Origin: Selaginella moellendorffii | Taxonomy: Eukaryota; Plantae; Lycopodiophyta | Direction: 5' to 3' | Assembly (NCBI RefSeq): GCF_000143415.4 | Contig: NW_003314285.1 | Coordinates: 1,433,412-1,497,411 of the forward strand | DNA: 64,000 nucleotides | Part shown: piece by piece, positions 35,883 through 48,677 of the stretch | Position numbering within the stretch: position 1 is the first letter of the stretch | Layout of the letters: every line of letters begins with the position of its first letter | Translations under genes and position numbers: made by a program | Notes under the pieces: generated by a model | Told to the model about the DNA's origin: nothing | The model's input: only the letters and a program-made list of their open reading frames with translations | The model's database searches: none

Positions 35883-37009
35883 ATGTTGCTCTTAATGCTA
35901 TTGATGTTGTTTTCTAATGGTACAACTTCTTTCAAGGATAACTTCACTGTAAGATTTAGATCTTTCTGTTAATCTTTCTAAAGATACAAACAGCTATCAC
36001 ATTATGAACTCCCCAAAACAAATATTGAGGTAAGTCTTGTAGCTTAAATAAAATCCTTGAAACATTGCATAATTTATTGCCTAGAAACTTGGTTTAGAGC
36101 AATTAAAAGGTATTCACAAGGTAATAGTTATAAGAAAGTAAAACTTTCACATGTTTATTAAATATATATTTATAGTATGCATTAGGAAGTTTGGTTGGAA
36201 ACTTTACTGGAGTGACCTCTACACTTAGTGTACAAAATCCCAAAGTTACAGGGGATGGACAATCTATATCACAAATATGGATTAGCGATAGTAGCAAAAG
36301 AGGAATTCTTGAGGTTGGATGGCACGTATGTGATGTTCTACATTTAGTAATTATAATATATTAAAGAACGTTTTCAGGTTTATCCAATGGTCAGCTCAGG
36401 ACATTGCCTGTTTATCTACTGGACGGTAATCCAGTTCTCTTTTTTAATTTTTTTGATAAATATGTTATTTGAAACAGGCTGATCGATATCAAAGCACTGG
36501 ATGTTTCAATCTCCAATGTAAAGGTTTTGTGCAAGTAGACACTAAAGTTGTTCTTGGAGGAGTGATATCTCAGAGAGAAATATCACTTGCCATCTCTCAG
36601 GTATTAAGGACAAAAATCTCTAGCTTTTAATGGAGTTTTCAATTTCTAGGACAAGAAAACCCAGAATTGGTGGCTCTTGGTGGATGGCAAGCGCATTGGT
36701 TACTGGCCTTCAGCACTACTAAAATCAATCCAACAAGGTGCAAGCTTTGTCGCAGCTGGAGGCGAGGTTGCAACATTGAATGGTAAAGCCATCTTGCAAA
36801 TGGGGAGTGGAAAGTTTCCAAGTTCTGGGAAGGGATTTGCTGCATACCATAGAAACATAAGAGTTTCGGATGCTAATCACGTTATCCATGATGCAAGGCT
36901 TCAGACAACACTGATCAACACAAATCAAGCTTGCTATGGTATTGGAAACATTCAGTATAATCCTCAGTGGGGGTCACATTTCTTCTTTGGTGGACCTGGC
37001 TGTTCTTAA
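35883..37009 (+). CDS. Neprosin-family glutamic peptidase (DUF239 catalytic domain) with a very short pro-region, about 7 exons
   Basis: Signal-like MLLLMLLMLFS, then SISQIWI..ILEVGWH|VYP..LFIYWT|ADRYQSTGCFNLQCKGFVQ..|NWWL..IGYWPS..GGEV..MGSGKFP..FFFGGPGC*. The N-terminal exons are less certain. Confidence 0.85.
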
Positions 37010-37049
37010 ACCCGCAAAATGTTGTTAAAATAATAATGCCATGGGAACT

Positions 37050-37350
37050 TAAATAAGAGAATGGCGGCATTTCTCATCAAATCTTACCCAATGCATGGGA
37101 GTTGCGCCAGTGAGCCAGAAGGAGTTCTATTGGATCGAGCAGCAGCTTCGATGGGCAGGTAACACTGGAGATTTGGGTCACGGCAGACGTCTCATCCATG
37201 GCACTGGCCTCCGATACAAGCTTTCTCTCCAATCTCATCATCCAGATGTACGGCAAGTGCCGGAGCATCAAAGACACTCCGATTGATTGCGCGCCTGGAT
37301 TTCTACTCGTACAACATCATGATCACTACATTTGCCTTGAGCGGGCATCT
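37050..37350 (+). pseudogene. Truncated duplicate of the 5' end of the PPR gene at 39749
   Basis: Near-identical to 39747-40080 but with several small deletions and ATA in place of the ATG. Confidence 0.9.
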
Positions 37351-37382
37351 GCGAGACTTGGCAACCTGATCTTCGCTTCTTA

Positions 37383-37820
37383 GGTGGTGGTGGTCATGGA
37401 CGATGCGTACAGAGATTCGTAGAAAAGCCTCAAATCTTCGTGGGCAACACTTGAATCTCCACAAATGGTCGACCGGATCGAGCTAGAGGGAGATCTTTCC
37501 TGCCATCGCCGCGGCTCTTCGCAATGGTTCTCCTGGGACTCTGGATGGACATCGGCCAGCCCAGGCTACGCTTGTACGCTGAGTCCATCCGCGGCAAATC
37601 GCCGGAGAAGCTCTCCAGCGGCCCTCACGTTGTTGAAAACATGATGATCGACCCCTCGGCGCGGATTGGGTCGGGGGCTTGATAGGGCCCGACGTAGCAG
37701 TAGGACCGGATTGCGTGATCGAGGAGGGGCGTGAGATTGTCTCGGTGCACGGTGATGCGAGGCGCCCAGATCCGGAAGCACTCGAGCGTGTCCGGGAGTA
37801 TTATCGGGTGGCACTCGAAT
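37383..37820 (+). pseudogene. Fragment of GDP-mannose pyrophosphorylase (VTC1/CYT1-like)
   Basis: Pieces across frames: VVVMD..FVEKPQIFVGN, EREIFPAIAA, MVLLGLWMDIGQPR, IGPDVAVGPDCVIEEG, RLSRCTVMRGAQIRKHSSVSGSIIGWHS. Deletions and frameshifts are present. Confidence 0.85.
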
Positions 37821-38430
37821 CAAAACCAGCATTTTCAAGCCCGAGATTGTCATGTAGTAGAGGAAGAACACACACCCGTATTGTGTGGTGATATCATGGT
37901 AACTTATAGCGATTTCGGCATTGGGATTTCAAGGGCTTAAAAAAGGATGCTTTGAGCTGACAGTGAAAGATTCATTGCTTGGAATCAAGTCTCAGAGCAA
38001 GAGACACAAACCATGGAACTTCTTTGTAGCTGTTAAGCTGTCTGTGTTGTGTCTGCGGACACGGTAGCTCAAGTGAAAGGCCAAAGAGAAATAACGAAGT
38101 TCTTGACCCAATTTTTTATTTTTTAAAATCTTTTTATCTTGTTTTGGTTTTTTCTGGTAGTACTAAGCTGTTGACAGCTTCTTTCAAAATCACAGCTTCA
38201 CCATAAGCCTGTGTGAGTATGAAAAGATCATCGTGAAAGACAGGGACAGCGACGGGGCTGAAGACGCAGATGTCGTTGCAGATCCAGCAATCTGAGCAGC
38301 ATTCCTAAACCTGTCGGTCTCATGAGGGAGATATATGAAACATTTTGATTTTTGGCAAAAACAAATTGATATTAAATGTTTTTGGGGTCTCATAATTACC
38401 TGTTGAAGTTCCCTGAATTTCTCCATCCTT

Positions 38431-39226
38431 TTATGGCTTCCTCCATAAAAGAAGCATTGGATTAGCAGCACTATATAACGAAATATGCCCACTATTTTCT
38501 ACAACGAAATTGGTAAAGAAAATGCAATGTGGTTGTGGCTGGCAATATATATTTGCAGAAAAAATACCCCATTCATTGTGTCCCAAAAGAACTAAATTTC
38601 CATCTTTTTGGAGTGTTAGTTTACATTCACTTCCACCACCTTTCCCAGCAGTATCACTCCACCATAGTACTTTCCATTCAAATCCATATAACACTAAGTT
38701 GCAATCATATTCCAAAACTAGTTGGTAAAAGCCATTTGGAGAAATTAGACGACTTCTCTTGTGACATTGTACAAAAGATCAGCTTGGAGGTTAGGGTTTT
38801 TGGTATTGTAATTAATATCCTGTATGGGAAGATAGTAAGCTGAATAATCAATCTCTATAATGCCCTTACAAAACCATAAAACCGCATAATCCTTGTAGCC
38901 ACGAAATCAAAAGCTAGTCTTAAGATATCACCAGATATTTGCGAAGGTGATGGACGGCTACAACGTCCACTAGTTTCTCTTGTATAGATACCAAGCCTTG
39001 AATAGCAATAAAAGTTTGGAGCAGATGGAAGATTGTGTTCCAGGTAAAATTTCAAGAGAAATTTGTGCTCTAATATTATGCTTGATAATGTCAGCATCAG
39101 TAGGACTTATCCTTCTGGACTATTTGTAGCAATGATTGTAACACTACTGCAATAATTTACTGAGAGTAACAAAAAAAACATCAATTTCCTGATGAACCCC
39201 GTTTTCTCGTGATATATATACTTCAT
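38431..39226 (-). pseudogene. Bulb-type (B) lectin-domain gene, probably disrupted
   Basis: LISPNGFYQLVLEYDCNLVLYG..LWWSDTAG..LTLQKDGNLVL at 38745-38431. An upstream signal-peptide-like ORF starts at 39226, but I could not join the two in frame. Confidence 0.55.
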
Positions 39227-39523
39227 AGCTGGCTCTAAAGAAAACCTTTCAATTAATAATGTTTAAATATTTTTTTCTTATACCTGTTGAAGAATTTTCA
39301 TACTTATTACTAAACGAAGTGAGACTATTTATAATAATCTTTGTTTGTTATGGGTAGTCAATATATATCATCTCTTACTATGTGTTTTTAGTCAATAAAT
39401 GACTTATTTTGTAGTACTGGATATTCTTTGGATTTAGATATGATTGGATATTCTTATATGATGCATTATGTTTAATTTATAACTGAAGTAAAAGTCTGTT
39501 TGGTTATCTTCTATATTTAGGCT

Positions 39524-39745
39524 GATAGAGATATCCCAGCTCTCTCAGGTATTACAAAAGTCTGGGAAGGGAATTGCTGTATACCATAGAATCATCAGAG
39601 TCTCGGATGCTCATCAGGTTATCCATGATGGAAGGCTTCAGACAAAACTGATCAACATCAATCAAGCGTGCTTTAGTATGGGAGGGGTCACATTTCTTCT
39701 TCAATGGACACAAAATGTTGTTAAAATACTAATGCCATGGGAACT
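39524..39745 (+). pseudogene. Deleted duplicate of the neprosin 3' end
   Basis: Matches about 36573-36606 and 36821-37050 with internal deletions. Confidence 0.85.
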
Positions 39746-39748
39746 TAA

Positions 39749-41881
39749 ATGAGAGAATGGCGGCATTTGGGGAATCCTTGTCAAATCTTTACCCGATGCA
39801 TGGGAGTTGCGCCAGTGAGCCAGGAGGAGCTCTATGGCATCGAGCAGCAGCTGCGATGGGCGGGCAACACTGGAGATTTGGCTCACGGCAGACGGATCCA
39901 TCGTGTCATTCTTGGCACCGGCCTCCGATACAACCGCTTTGTCTCCAATCTCCTCATCCAGATGTACGGCAAGTGCCGGAGCATCAAAGACGCGACCGAA
40001 GTCTTCAGATCGATTGCGCGCCCGGATTTCTACTCGTACAACATCATGATCACTACATTTGCCTTGAACGGGCATCTGGATGACGCCAATGCTCTCTTTC
40101 TTTCGATGCCCACCAAGGACTTGATATCTTGGAACACGGGGTTGGCATTGTATGGAAAATTGGGCCGGCCACACGATGTAAAGCGAATGCTTTTTTTTAT
40201 GCCCCAACACAGCGTTGCGTCCTGGACAAGTGTCGTGCATGCATATGCCCGCATTGGGCATCTTGACGAGGCACGAAGAATGTTTGACCGCATCCCTGAG
40301 GTCAACACCGTCGCGGCAAATGTGATGCTCTCGGCATATTCTCAGGCTGGAAGTTACAAGCAGGCGCTATCGCTGTTCCAGAGCATAGACCAACGAGATG
40401 TGATTTCGTGGAGTGGGATCTTGATGGCATATACCCAAGCTGGCAGCCTACGCGGCGCCAAAAGAATCTTTGATTTGATGCCCAAACGAGACTCTGCAGG
40501 GTGGAATATAATGGTCACTGCATATGCCCAGAATGGGCATATGTCGGAGGCAAAGGGGCTGTTCCATTCCGTGCCGGAATTGACGATTGTTACGTGGACG
40601 GCCATGATTGCTTTGTACAGCGAGTGTGGAAACCTCCGAGAGGCATCTTTCATGTTTGATTTAATGCCCAGCAGGAACATTATCAGCTGGAATGCAATCC
40701 TAGCCGCACACGCCCAAGACGAAAATTTCACGCTCCTAAAGTCCACCTTTGATTCCATGCCGGAACGCGATGCCGTTTCGTGGACGACCTTGATACAAGC
40801 ATACGGGATAAATGCTAAAGTCTTTCTAGCGGAGAATACGTATAGAAAAATGCCCCTCTGGGATCTAGTCTCAGGGACTGCTCTTTTGGCGGTATATGCC
40901 GAGAATAAGGATCCAGACAATGCGAGGATGCTATTCGATGAATTGCCGGAGCGCAACCTGCTGACGTGGAACAAAATGGTTGCTGCGGTGGCAGCCAGCA
41001 CGGAGCCAAAGGCAATCTCAGACAAGATGCCGGCCTATGACATGGCCACGTGGAACACCATGATTGAGGGATATGGAGGGAGCGGCAACCTTGCTGACGC
41101 GGAGGCCTTGTTCCAGAGCGTGAGACACGTCAGCGACTCGGTGATGTGGACGACAATGCTCCAGGCGTACGCGACATGTGGTGACGTGGAGAGAGCCGAG
41201 GGGACGTTCAATGACATGGCTGCCAGGGACGGGGTGACGTGGATCGTCATGCTGGCAGCGTACGGCACGAACGCGCGGCTGGCCGAGGCGGTCCGTACGT
41301 TTGAGGCGATGCCAAAGAGAAACGCACTGGCTTGGAACACGATAATGAGCGCTTGCATCACTCACGGCCTGGTGGATCGAGCAGCGGAGATCTTTGCAGC
41401 GATGCCGGAGCCCAATCTCGCGTCCTGGGCCGCGCTTTTTGGAGCTTTCGCTCACGAAGGAAACACCAACTTTGTCATCGAGTTCTACCGGGAGATGAAT
41501 CTCGCGGGAGAGAAACCCGACGAGAATGTGTTCTTGAGTATCCTCGCCGCCTTTAGCCACGCCGGGATGATCGACGAGAGCTTGAAACACTTCGAGTTCC
41601 TGTCGGATCACGGCCTCGCGGCGATCAAGGAGCACTACTGCTGCATCGTGGATGTTCTGTCCAGAGCCGGCCAGTTGAAAGAGGCTGAGAAGCTGATAGA
41701 GACCATGCCTTTCATTCCGGATCAATCAGCCCTGGGAGCACTGCTGTGTGCTTGCAAGACGCAGAGTGACATCGAGCGAGGATCGCGAGCAGCGAGGCTC
41801 GCGATCGATCTCGAGCCTGAAAGTTCCTGTGCACCACTGGTGGGAATCGTGAACATCTACTCTGAGAACCCTCTGAGTTAA
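39749..41881 (+). CDS. PLS-class pentatricopeptide repeat protein (many short S-type repeats, partial E domain, no DYW), 710 aa
   Basis: LIQMYGKC, about 31-aa repeats (SWN..AY.Q.G...A..FD.MP), KPDENVFLSILAAFSHAG, HYCCIVDVLSRAGQLKEAE..MPF.PD. Confidence 0.93.
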   Translation: MREWRHLGNPCQIFTRCMGVAPVSQEELYGIEQQLRWAGNTGDLAHGRRIHRVILGTGLRYNRFVSNLLIQMYGKCRSIKDATEVFRSIARPDFYSYNIMITTFALNGHLDDANALFLSMPTKDLISWNTGLALYGKLGRPHDVKRMLFFMPQHSVASWTSVVHAYARIGHLDEARRMFDRIPEVNTVAANVMLSAYSQAGSYKQALSLFQSIDQRDVISWSGILMAYTQAGSLRGAKRIFDLMPKRDSAGWNIMVTAYAQNGHMSEAKGLFHSVPELTIVTWTAMIALYSECGNLREASFMFDLMPSRNIISWNAILAAHAQDENFTLLKSTFDSMPERDAVSWTTLIQAYGINAKVFLAENTYRKMPLWDLVSGTALLAVYAENKDPDNARMLFDELPERNLLTWNKMVAAVAASTEPKAISDKMPAYDMATWNTMIEGYGGSGNLADAEALFQSVRHVSDSVMWTTMLQAYATCGDVERAEGTFNDMAARDGVTWIVMLAAYGTNARLAEAVRTFEAMPKRNALAWNTIMSACITHGLVDRAAEIFAAMPEPNLASWAALFGAFAHEGNTNFVIEFYREMNLAGEKPDENVFLSILAAFSHAGMIDESLKHFEFLSDHGLAAIKEHYCCIVDVLSRAGQLKEAEKLIETMPFIPDQSALGALLCACKTQSDIERGSRAARLAIDLEPESSCAPLVGIVNIYSENPLS

Positions 41882-42085
41882 ACGAAAAACACACTGACCT
41901 CTAGATGATCTTCTAAAAACTTGGAAGATCTTTACGTTTTCGATCATACAGTAAGTATTCATCTATATCCTGGAAGAACACTGATCATCCAAGAATGTCG
42001 ATCATATAAAAAGGATCATACCTTTCTCGCTGGAAAGAAATCGAAAGAAATCACGAGAGCCCAGGAGAAGGAACGATCAATGCTG

Positions 42086-42448
42086 CTATTTGTTGAGGCC
42101 ATACTTCTCTTGCATCCGGGAGAGCTCCTCCTCCTTCTTGCGCTGGTCGTTCTTCTTGGACATCTTGGCCTGCTGGTAGTAGAGAACGATGAGGTACCTG
42201 TTGGCGACATTGAATCCCGAGAGATGATCCACGGCGTTCTTGGCGTCATAGATGTCCTCGTAGACGACAAAGGCGGTGCCGCGCGTGTCCTTGTTGTTCC
42301 CCACCCTAATCTGCCGGATCGCGCCATACTTGCCGAAGATGTCATACATCTCCTCGGACGAGATGTTGAAGGGCAGATTGCGCACGTACAAGACCCGATT
42401 CACCTCCGGCGGAAGCCGCGTGTTGCCACGCCTCACCAGCGCTGCCAT
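42086..42448 (-). CDS. SF3B6: Splicing factor 3B subunit 6 (SF3b14a/p14)
   Basis: [79 protein letters not shown]. Confidence 0.98.
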   Translation of the reverse strand: MAALVRRGNTRLPPEVNRVLYVRNLPFNISSEEMYDIFGKYGAIRQIRVGNNKDTRGTAFVVYEDIYDAKNAVDHLSGFNVANRYLIVLYYQQAKMSKKNDQRKKEEELSRMQEKYGLNK

Positions 42449-43004
42449 TGCCCAAGAACCCTAATCCCAGAGCCCTAAAATCTAAAATCTCGTGAAATTT
42501 AAGTAGACTTCAAAATGGCAGTGCCCTAAAAGGCGAGCCCATCGCAGCCGTCCATCGGCCCATGTGCCCACCACGTGGCAGAGAAAACCGTCCACGTCAC
42601 TTGTCCGGCTGACCTACAGCGCTTCGTTCTCGGCTTTGTTATCCAACACATTTGGCTGTGACGCTTCCGGCAGGTGCGGCGCGATTGGCGGCGCTGATGC
42701 CGTGCTAGGGTTGCTCAATCGGCGCCGAGCCGGGATGCTCCACTCCGATTGGGGCCTCATTCGGCTGTGATCGACCGACACCGAAAAGAGGGGCCAGGGT
42801 TTAGGCGCCGGCGCGTCGCTGCTGCTGGCGCAAGATCTGGATCGTCATCTCCAAAGATTTCCTCGCGAATACCGGTATGGTCGTCCTCGATCCCAGGTAG
42901 GGGTTTCTAGCAGGGCAGGGCAGGGCAGTCGATCGATCGCTGATCGCCTACTTGCGGCTATGGCGGCATTCCTGTGAGCCAAATCGAGCGATCCTCGGGG
43001 GATA

Positions 43005-46000
43005 ATGTCCGCAGATGGAAATTCCGGGAGAGATCGGCTTCTTTCTCGGATGGGATCCTCAGGGCTGGCTGTTTTGCTCGACAGCGGCAGCAAGGAATCC
43101 CTGGTCACAGCTGCGGCGTGCATGGTAGACGAGTGCACGCGCTCCACGCTCGATCGATCCATCGCGTTCGTCCTAGATTACTCCAGCGAGGGGGTCGAGC
43201 AGCAGCCTCGGTTCGTCGTCGACGATAGCAAGATAGATTCCTCCAGCATCCAGCTCCACCTCCAGTCCCGCCTCGCCGCATTGGGTTCCAGTTCTAGCAC
43301 CGATGTCTCGGCCAGCTACAAGGATGGTGTTTTCATCGAAGGGAGTAGCGACCCTCTCTCGGGGGTCGTCAGGATGGACAAAGGGAGACCCTCTGGAGAT
43401 ATCAAGCTTTCCAAGAGCTCCTTGTTGCTGGAGAGTCAGGCCATCTTTAGCAGCGCTCGAGCAAACGCTTGCGTGTGGAGGGGGAAGTGGATGTACGAGG
43501 TGACCTTGGGCACTGCGGGGATCCAGCAGCTGGGATGGGCGACCATCTCTTGTCCCTTCACGGACTCCGAAGGCGTTGGAGACGCCAGTGACTCGTATGC
43601 TTACGATGGTCGACGAGTGAAAAAGTGGAGTGGGAAGAGCCAGACGTATGGCGAGCCTTGGGTGGTCGGGGACGTGATCGGCTGCTGCATCGATCTGGAA
43701 CAGGGGCAGATCTTCTTCTACCGGAATGGGACGTCGCTGGGGATGGCTTATGACTGTGTGAGGAGGATGGAGGCCAAGCAGGGGTACTATCCGGCTATCT
43801 CTCTCTCGCACGGAGAGCGCTGCGAGCTCAACTTTGGCGGTCGACCTTTTAGATATCCAATCGCGGGGTTCTTGCCGCTGCAAGCACCGCCGGTGGACAC
43901 TTCTGGCACCAACAAGCACGGCTCCGTGATCGTCAAAGCCAAGTATCTGTTTGGATGCTTGCAAAAGCTTGTCCAGCTTGGGAGCCCAGAGGTGGCGGCG
44001 GCCATGGCTCCCGCGGAAAGGCTGCGGAGGTTTACTCCACTTCCTGACGAGCAGTTTCGTGTTGTCGGCACTGAGATCTGCAAGATACTTTGCGAGCTGC
44101 TGCAGCAAAGCAGTAAAGCGGAGTACGTTGTCTGGGGAGCGCTGGTTCCTTTCCTCACGACAACTTACAGGCCTGGAGCACCGCACGACGGTCACAGTGT
44201 GGATCGAGCTCTTGACTTACTGATGCCGATGCTGGGGCAGACTTACTTTGGTACGATCGTTCTTCAGATCATCGAGTGCCTGGCGTATGGGTGCCGGACT
44301 TCGCCCCTGGTGTTGGCCGACTCTCCGTTTAGCGCCTCGTACTCGCATTTGGCACTGGCCTGTCATCTACTTCAGCGTGACGACTTCATGGTCATCTGGT
44401 GGAAATCTGACGACTTTGAGTCCTGCTTGGAGGGGCTGCTGACGAGAAAGGGGCCTAACAAGTGCGACTTGGAGAGCCTTATACCCACCGTATGGTGGCC
44501 GGGTTCCCGTGAAGAACATCCTTTTTCGGAGAGCAACATGAGGCAGATCGTCATTGCTTTATCTCGTGCAATATCCAGGGTAAGTCAGTAGCATGCATGG
44601 TTTTCTTGCTCCGGAACTAACGTGGCCATCACTTTTTTTTTTCTTTTCAGATCGAGGACTTGCACTTCGAGCTGTGTAACCGGCTGGTTGCTTTTGACAC
44701 GAAGTCGAATGCTACCGGTTCTATATTCAGAACGTTTTTGCAACACCTTGTTCTGAAGAACCGTGGGGCACACAGAAACATGCCACCGCCGGGTCTCTCC
44801 GACAACTCGGTCTTGGTTTCGGTGTACACTGTACTCTTGCGGTACCTTTCGGAGGGTCTCGACTCGACAGGGGATGGCCATGGAAGCTGCGTGCCGTTCC
44901 TGCACAAGGGAGGAAAGCGCAGCTTTCCGGTATCTCTGTTTGTGAGCTCGGACCCCTGCTTGAACGATTTCGCCCGCCTTGGTGGAACCTACAGCTATCT
45001 TACGAAGACATGTCCTCTCAGCTCAATCGAATGCGAAGAAGTTGAGTGGGAAGAAAGCAGTATGGACAAGCAGGAAACTAGATACGGACACGATGCTGGG
45101 TTGAAAAAGCCATGTTGCTGCATGGACGGTGGTGCAGGTTCCATCGACAGTGGTAACGGTAAGGCTCTATCGAAAGGCTTGGAAACACGCTTCAGTGGCT
45201 CCAGTAACAAAGTCAACGAGACTACATGTCCTTTGTCGCCAACTGACGCAGAGAGGAGCTATGATGGGGATATGGAAAGCAAGGCTAGCTCCAGTGGAAG
45301 GGTCGAGCCTGTTACCAGCACGTCCTCATTGCTACAGAAGGCCAAGAAGGTGTTCAAGTCGGTAAAGGAGCTGTCATCTGCGGTACGAGAGGAAGAGTTG
45401 CTGGATAAGATGGTGTTGCTCTATCATCTTGGAGTGACTCAGAATTTCAAGCAGGTCTGTTCTTGGTCCTTTTGGTTCTCATTCAAATGCTTTAATGTTT
45501 TTGTCTGCAGGCTTCTTATCACATGCAGCATCAGATACAACTGATGGCTCAGCTCGATGAGACGGATCGTCAAATCCGTAGCGATAAGACCTCCTCTGAG
45601 CAGACAAAGCGCTTGAAAGAAGCGAGAGGTATATTCAAAGAGGATCTTATTGACTATGTACGACAATGTACCTGGTATTTTGGCTTTCTCCCGAGTATAT
45701 GTGATTCCATTGCCTTTACGATCTTTCCAGTGACAAGTGCTTACAGTGCGTTTCTTTCGCAGGTACCGCGTCTGCTTGCTTTCTAAATGGAAGCAAAGGG
45801 GAATGTATGCGACTTGCATGTGGGTAGCACAGCTCCTCGTTACGATCAGCAAGAAAGATGCTTGCTTCAGCTATGTTCCAGAGTTTTACATAGAGACACT
45901 GGTGAGCATAACATGCTTTGACTTCGTGTGAGACTTATTTTGTTGATTCTGTTTTGGTTAGGTGGATTGCTTTCACGCGCTGCGAAGGAGCGACCCGCTT

Positions 46001-47637
46001 TATGTTCCTCCTTCATCCCTCCTTCAACATGGCTTGTCGTCGTTCGTAAGTATTTCCTTGTTTCTTTTGGAACAAATTTCTAACGAGAGCCTTCAGGTTA
46101 CGTTCCTCGTGACACATTTTCACGACTCCCGAATAGTGAATGCGGAGATAAGGGATTTTCTCCTCCAGTCTATTTCCGTTCTAGTACAGTTTAAGGAGTA
46201 TTTAGTAGCTATCGAAGCTTGCAAGGCAGCAGAGAACACGATGGCTGGCGCTCTTTTATCGGCCTTCGACAACAGGTTTTGGATTCCGGTGTCCAACATC
46301 CTGTTGCGCCTTTGTAAAGGCTCGGGTTTTGGAACTTCCAAGTCCAGCCACGGTGACTCTTGTTCTCCGTTCTTTCAGGTAGACACGTTTCGTTTGTTTT
46401 CCTGCCGATCTAAAGTTCTGGTGTGGCTTTGTTTCTGCAGCGGCTGTTGCGCGAGAAATGCTTGAAGGACGAGAAGCTGTTCGCCTCTTTCCTGAACCGC
46501 CTCTTTAATACATTGAATTGGACAGTCAGCGAGTTCTCCGTTTCTATCAAGGAGATGCACGACCATGACCACCGGCAGGTTACTCATACTAAAAGTTTTT
46601 GTTTTGTTCTTCTGGTGCAACTGATTAATTTGTCCGCTGTGACCAGGTTCCAGAATTTCAACAAAGAAAATGTGCAATAATGTTCGAGCTTTCGTGCAAC
46701 CTGGAAAGAATACTGGAGTTCTTTACGAAGGAGCTGCCACAAGTTTTCCTGGTTGGTCCGGAAATGAACATCATCCGGCTTTGTGAGCTGGTTCTATTTG
46801 TGCTCAACCACACCACCTCAAACACGGCAGGCGAGCTGTTCGACAGGTACGTTATCTCGCGTTTGCTCTCCTCGTGAGTTGTTCACCTCTGTGCGTCTCA
46901 TGCAGCACCATAAAGCAGCAGGGTCAGTCGCTAGAGAAGGTCAACCGCGCCACCATCCTCGCTCCCGTGGTGGGCATCGTGTTGAATCTCTCCGCCGCCA
47001 CAGACCCTGCTGGCCACAGAATGGAACACGATATCGCGCGGTCAATCGCCAGCGTCGATGTCTCCTCGGTCGCCACCAGGAACTTCCAGTATTTATTTGA
47101 CTACGATTGGGTAAGCTTTGCTCTTTTTTTTTTCTGTGTGTTTCCCTCGTCACAAGCTAATCGTGTGACCACTCCCACCACAGTTGAGCACGTTCAAGGG
47201 GGATCCTTCGCTCGCAAGGCTGTCGGACCTTAACATATTTATTGAGAAGCTTAAGACGGAGTACGCGGAGGCCAGGAAGCGAGCGTGCAAGGCCGAGGCG
47301 GAGCTCATCACCAGACACAGTAAAGGAGGTACTTTCCTCTCTGTTTTGCTCTTTCTTCTTGTTCACGGCCTTGATATGCACAGATGATTTCGAGCTTGGA
47401 AATGCAGACAAAGCCGGGGGCGGAGGAGAGCTGTGCAGCATTTGCTATGCGTGCGAGGAGAACGCCGTGTTCCTTCCCTGCAAGCACAGGTCATGCGTGC
47501 GCTGCGTCTCTCGTCACCTCCTAAACAACCAGCGCTGCTTCTTCTGCAACGCGGCCATCTGCGAAGTCTGCCCATACGAGGAGCCTTTGTCGCCTCTAAG
47601 CGGCGGCGGCCTCAAAGGTGGGGACGTGAATTCCTAG
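43005..47637 (+). CDS. RKP: E3 ubiquitin ligase RKP (KPC1/RNF123 homolog; SPRY + C-terminal RING), multi-exon
   Basis: SPRY FSSARANACVWRGKWMYEVTLGTAGIQQLGWAT, KNRGAHRNMPPPG, YVPEFYIETL|VDCFH, RING CSICYA..PCKHRSCVRCVSRHLLNNQRCFFCN. Confidence 0.95.
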
Positions 47638-47744
47638 CGATCAAATCGCTCGCTTCCTATAGGTGCCATTCTTGGAGAAACGCTGTAAATTATTCCTTTT
47701 GTCTCTCTGGTAGCAAAGCTCTGTAAATTCCAGCCTTGGTTTGC

Positions 47745-48677
47745 TCAGACGTTGTAGTTGTCGACGTACCACTTGTACGTCTCGGTCAGCCCCTCGCGGA
47801 GAGTGATCCTTGGCTTCCACCCCAGGGTCGCGAGCTTGGAGCTGTCCATGAGCTTCCGGGGAGTTCCATCCGGCTTGGAAGCATCCCACTTGAGCTCCCC
47901 TGGAAAGCCCACCACCTCTTTCACCATCTCCGCGAGCTCCTTGATGCTAACTTCCGAGCCACTGCCCATGTTGATGTGTGGAACGTCGCTGTACTTGTCC
48001 ATCAAGAACACGGCCGCGTCCGCGAGATCGTCGACGTGGAGAAACTCTCGCAGCGGCGATCCCGTCCCCCACACCACCACCTCCTTGGCTCCATTCACCT
48101 TGGCCTCGTGAAACCGGCGGATCAAGGCCGGAAGAACGTGAGAGTTCTCGGGATGGAAGTTGTCGTGAGGACCGTAGAGATTGGTCGGCATTCCAGAGAT
48201 GGCGTCCCACTTGTGCTGGATCCTGTAAGCCTGGCACATCTTGATTCCCGCGATCTTGGCCACCGCGTACCACTCGTTTGTCGGCTCCAGCGGACCCGTC
48301 AAGAGAGCTTCCTCGGTGATTGGCTGGGGAGCAAACTTTGGATAGATGCACGACGATCCCAGGAACAAGAGCTTGGCCACGCCGCTCCGGTACGCAGCAT
48401 CGATCACGTTGGTCTGGATCTGCAAGTTGATCCCGATGAAATCGGCCGGATACGTGTTGTTGGCGTGGATCCCTCCCACTTTGGCCGCGGCCACTATCAC
48501 ATACTTGGGCTTTTCCTTGTGGAAGAAATCCTCCACGGCCTCCTGTCTCGTGAGATCCAATTCCTTGTGGCTTCTCAGCAGCAGGCGGCTGAATCCTTCC
48601 TTCTCCAGCCGCCGGACGATCGCGGCTCCGACGAGACCGCGGTGGCCGGCAACGAAGATCTTCGCGTCCTTGTCCAT
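47745..48677 (-). CDS. GER1: GDP-L-fucose synthase (GDP-4-keto-6-deoxymannose epimerase/reductase), intronless
   Basis: [70 protein letters not shown]. Confidence 0.96.
   Translation of the reverse strand: MDKDAKIFVAGHRGLVGAAIVRRLEKEGFSRLLLRSHKELDLTRQEAVEDFFHKEKPKYVIVAAAKVGGIHANNTYPADFIGINLQIQTNVIDAAYRSGVAKLLFLGSSCIYPKFAPQPITEEALLTGPLEPTNEWYAVAKIAGIKMCQAYRIQHKWDAISGMPTNLYGPHDNFHPENSHVLPALIRRFHEAKVNGAKEVVVWGTGSPLREFLHVDDLADAAVFLMDKYSDVPHINMGSGSEVSIKELAEMVKEVVGFPGELKWDASKPDGTPRKLMDSSKLATLGWKPRITLREGLTETYKWYVDNYNV

Noticed and set aside
43173-44195. 340-aa antisense ORF in RKP exon 1
   Set aside because: Explained by GC-rich codon usage; no motifs.
10147-48677. GDP-mannose pathway cluster (ALG9, VTC1 fragment, GER1, lectin)
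   Set aside because: Spread over 38 kb among unrelated genes, and the VTC1 piece is broken; probably chance.
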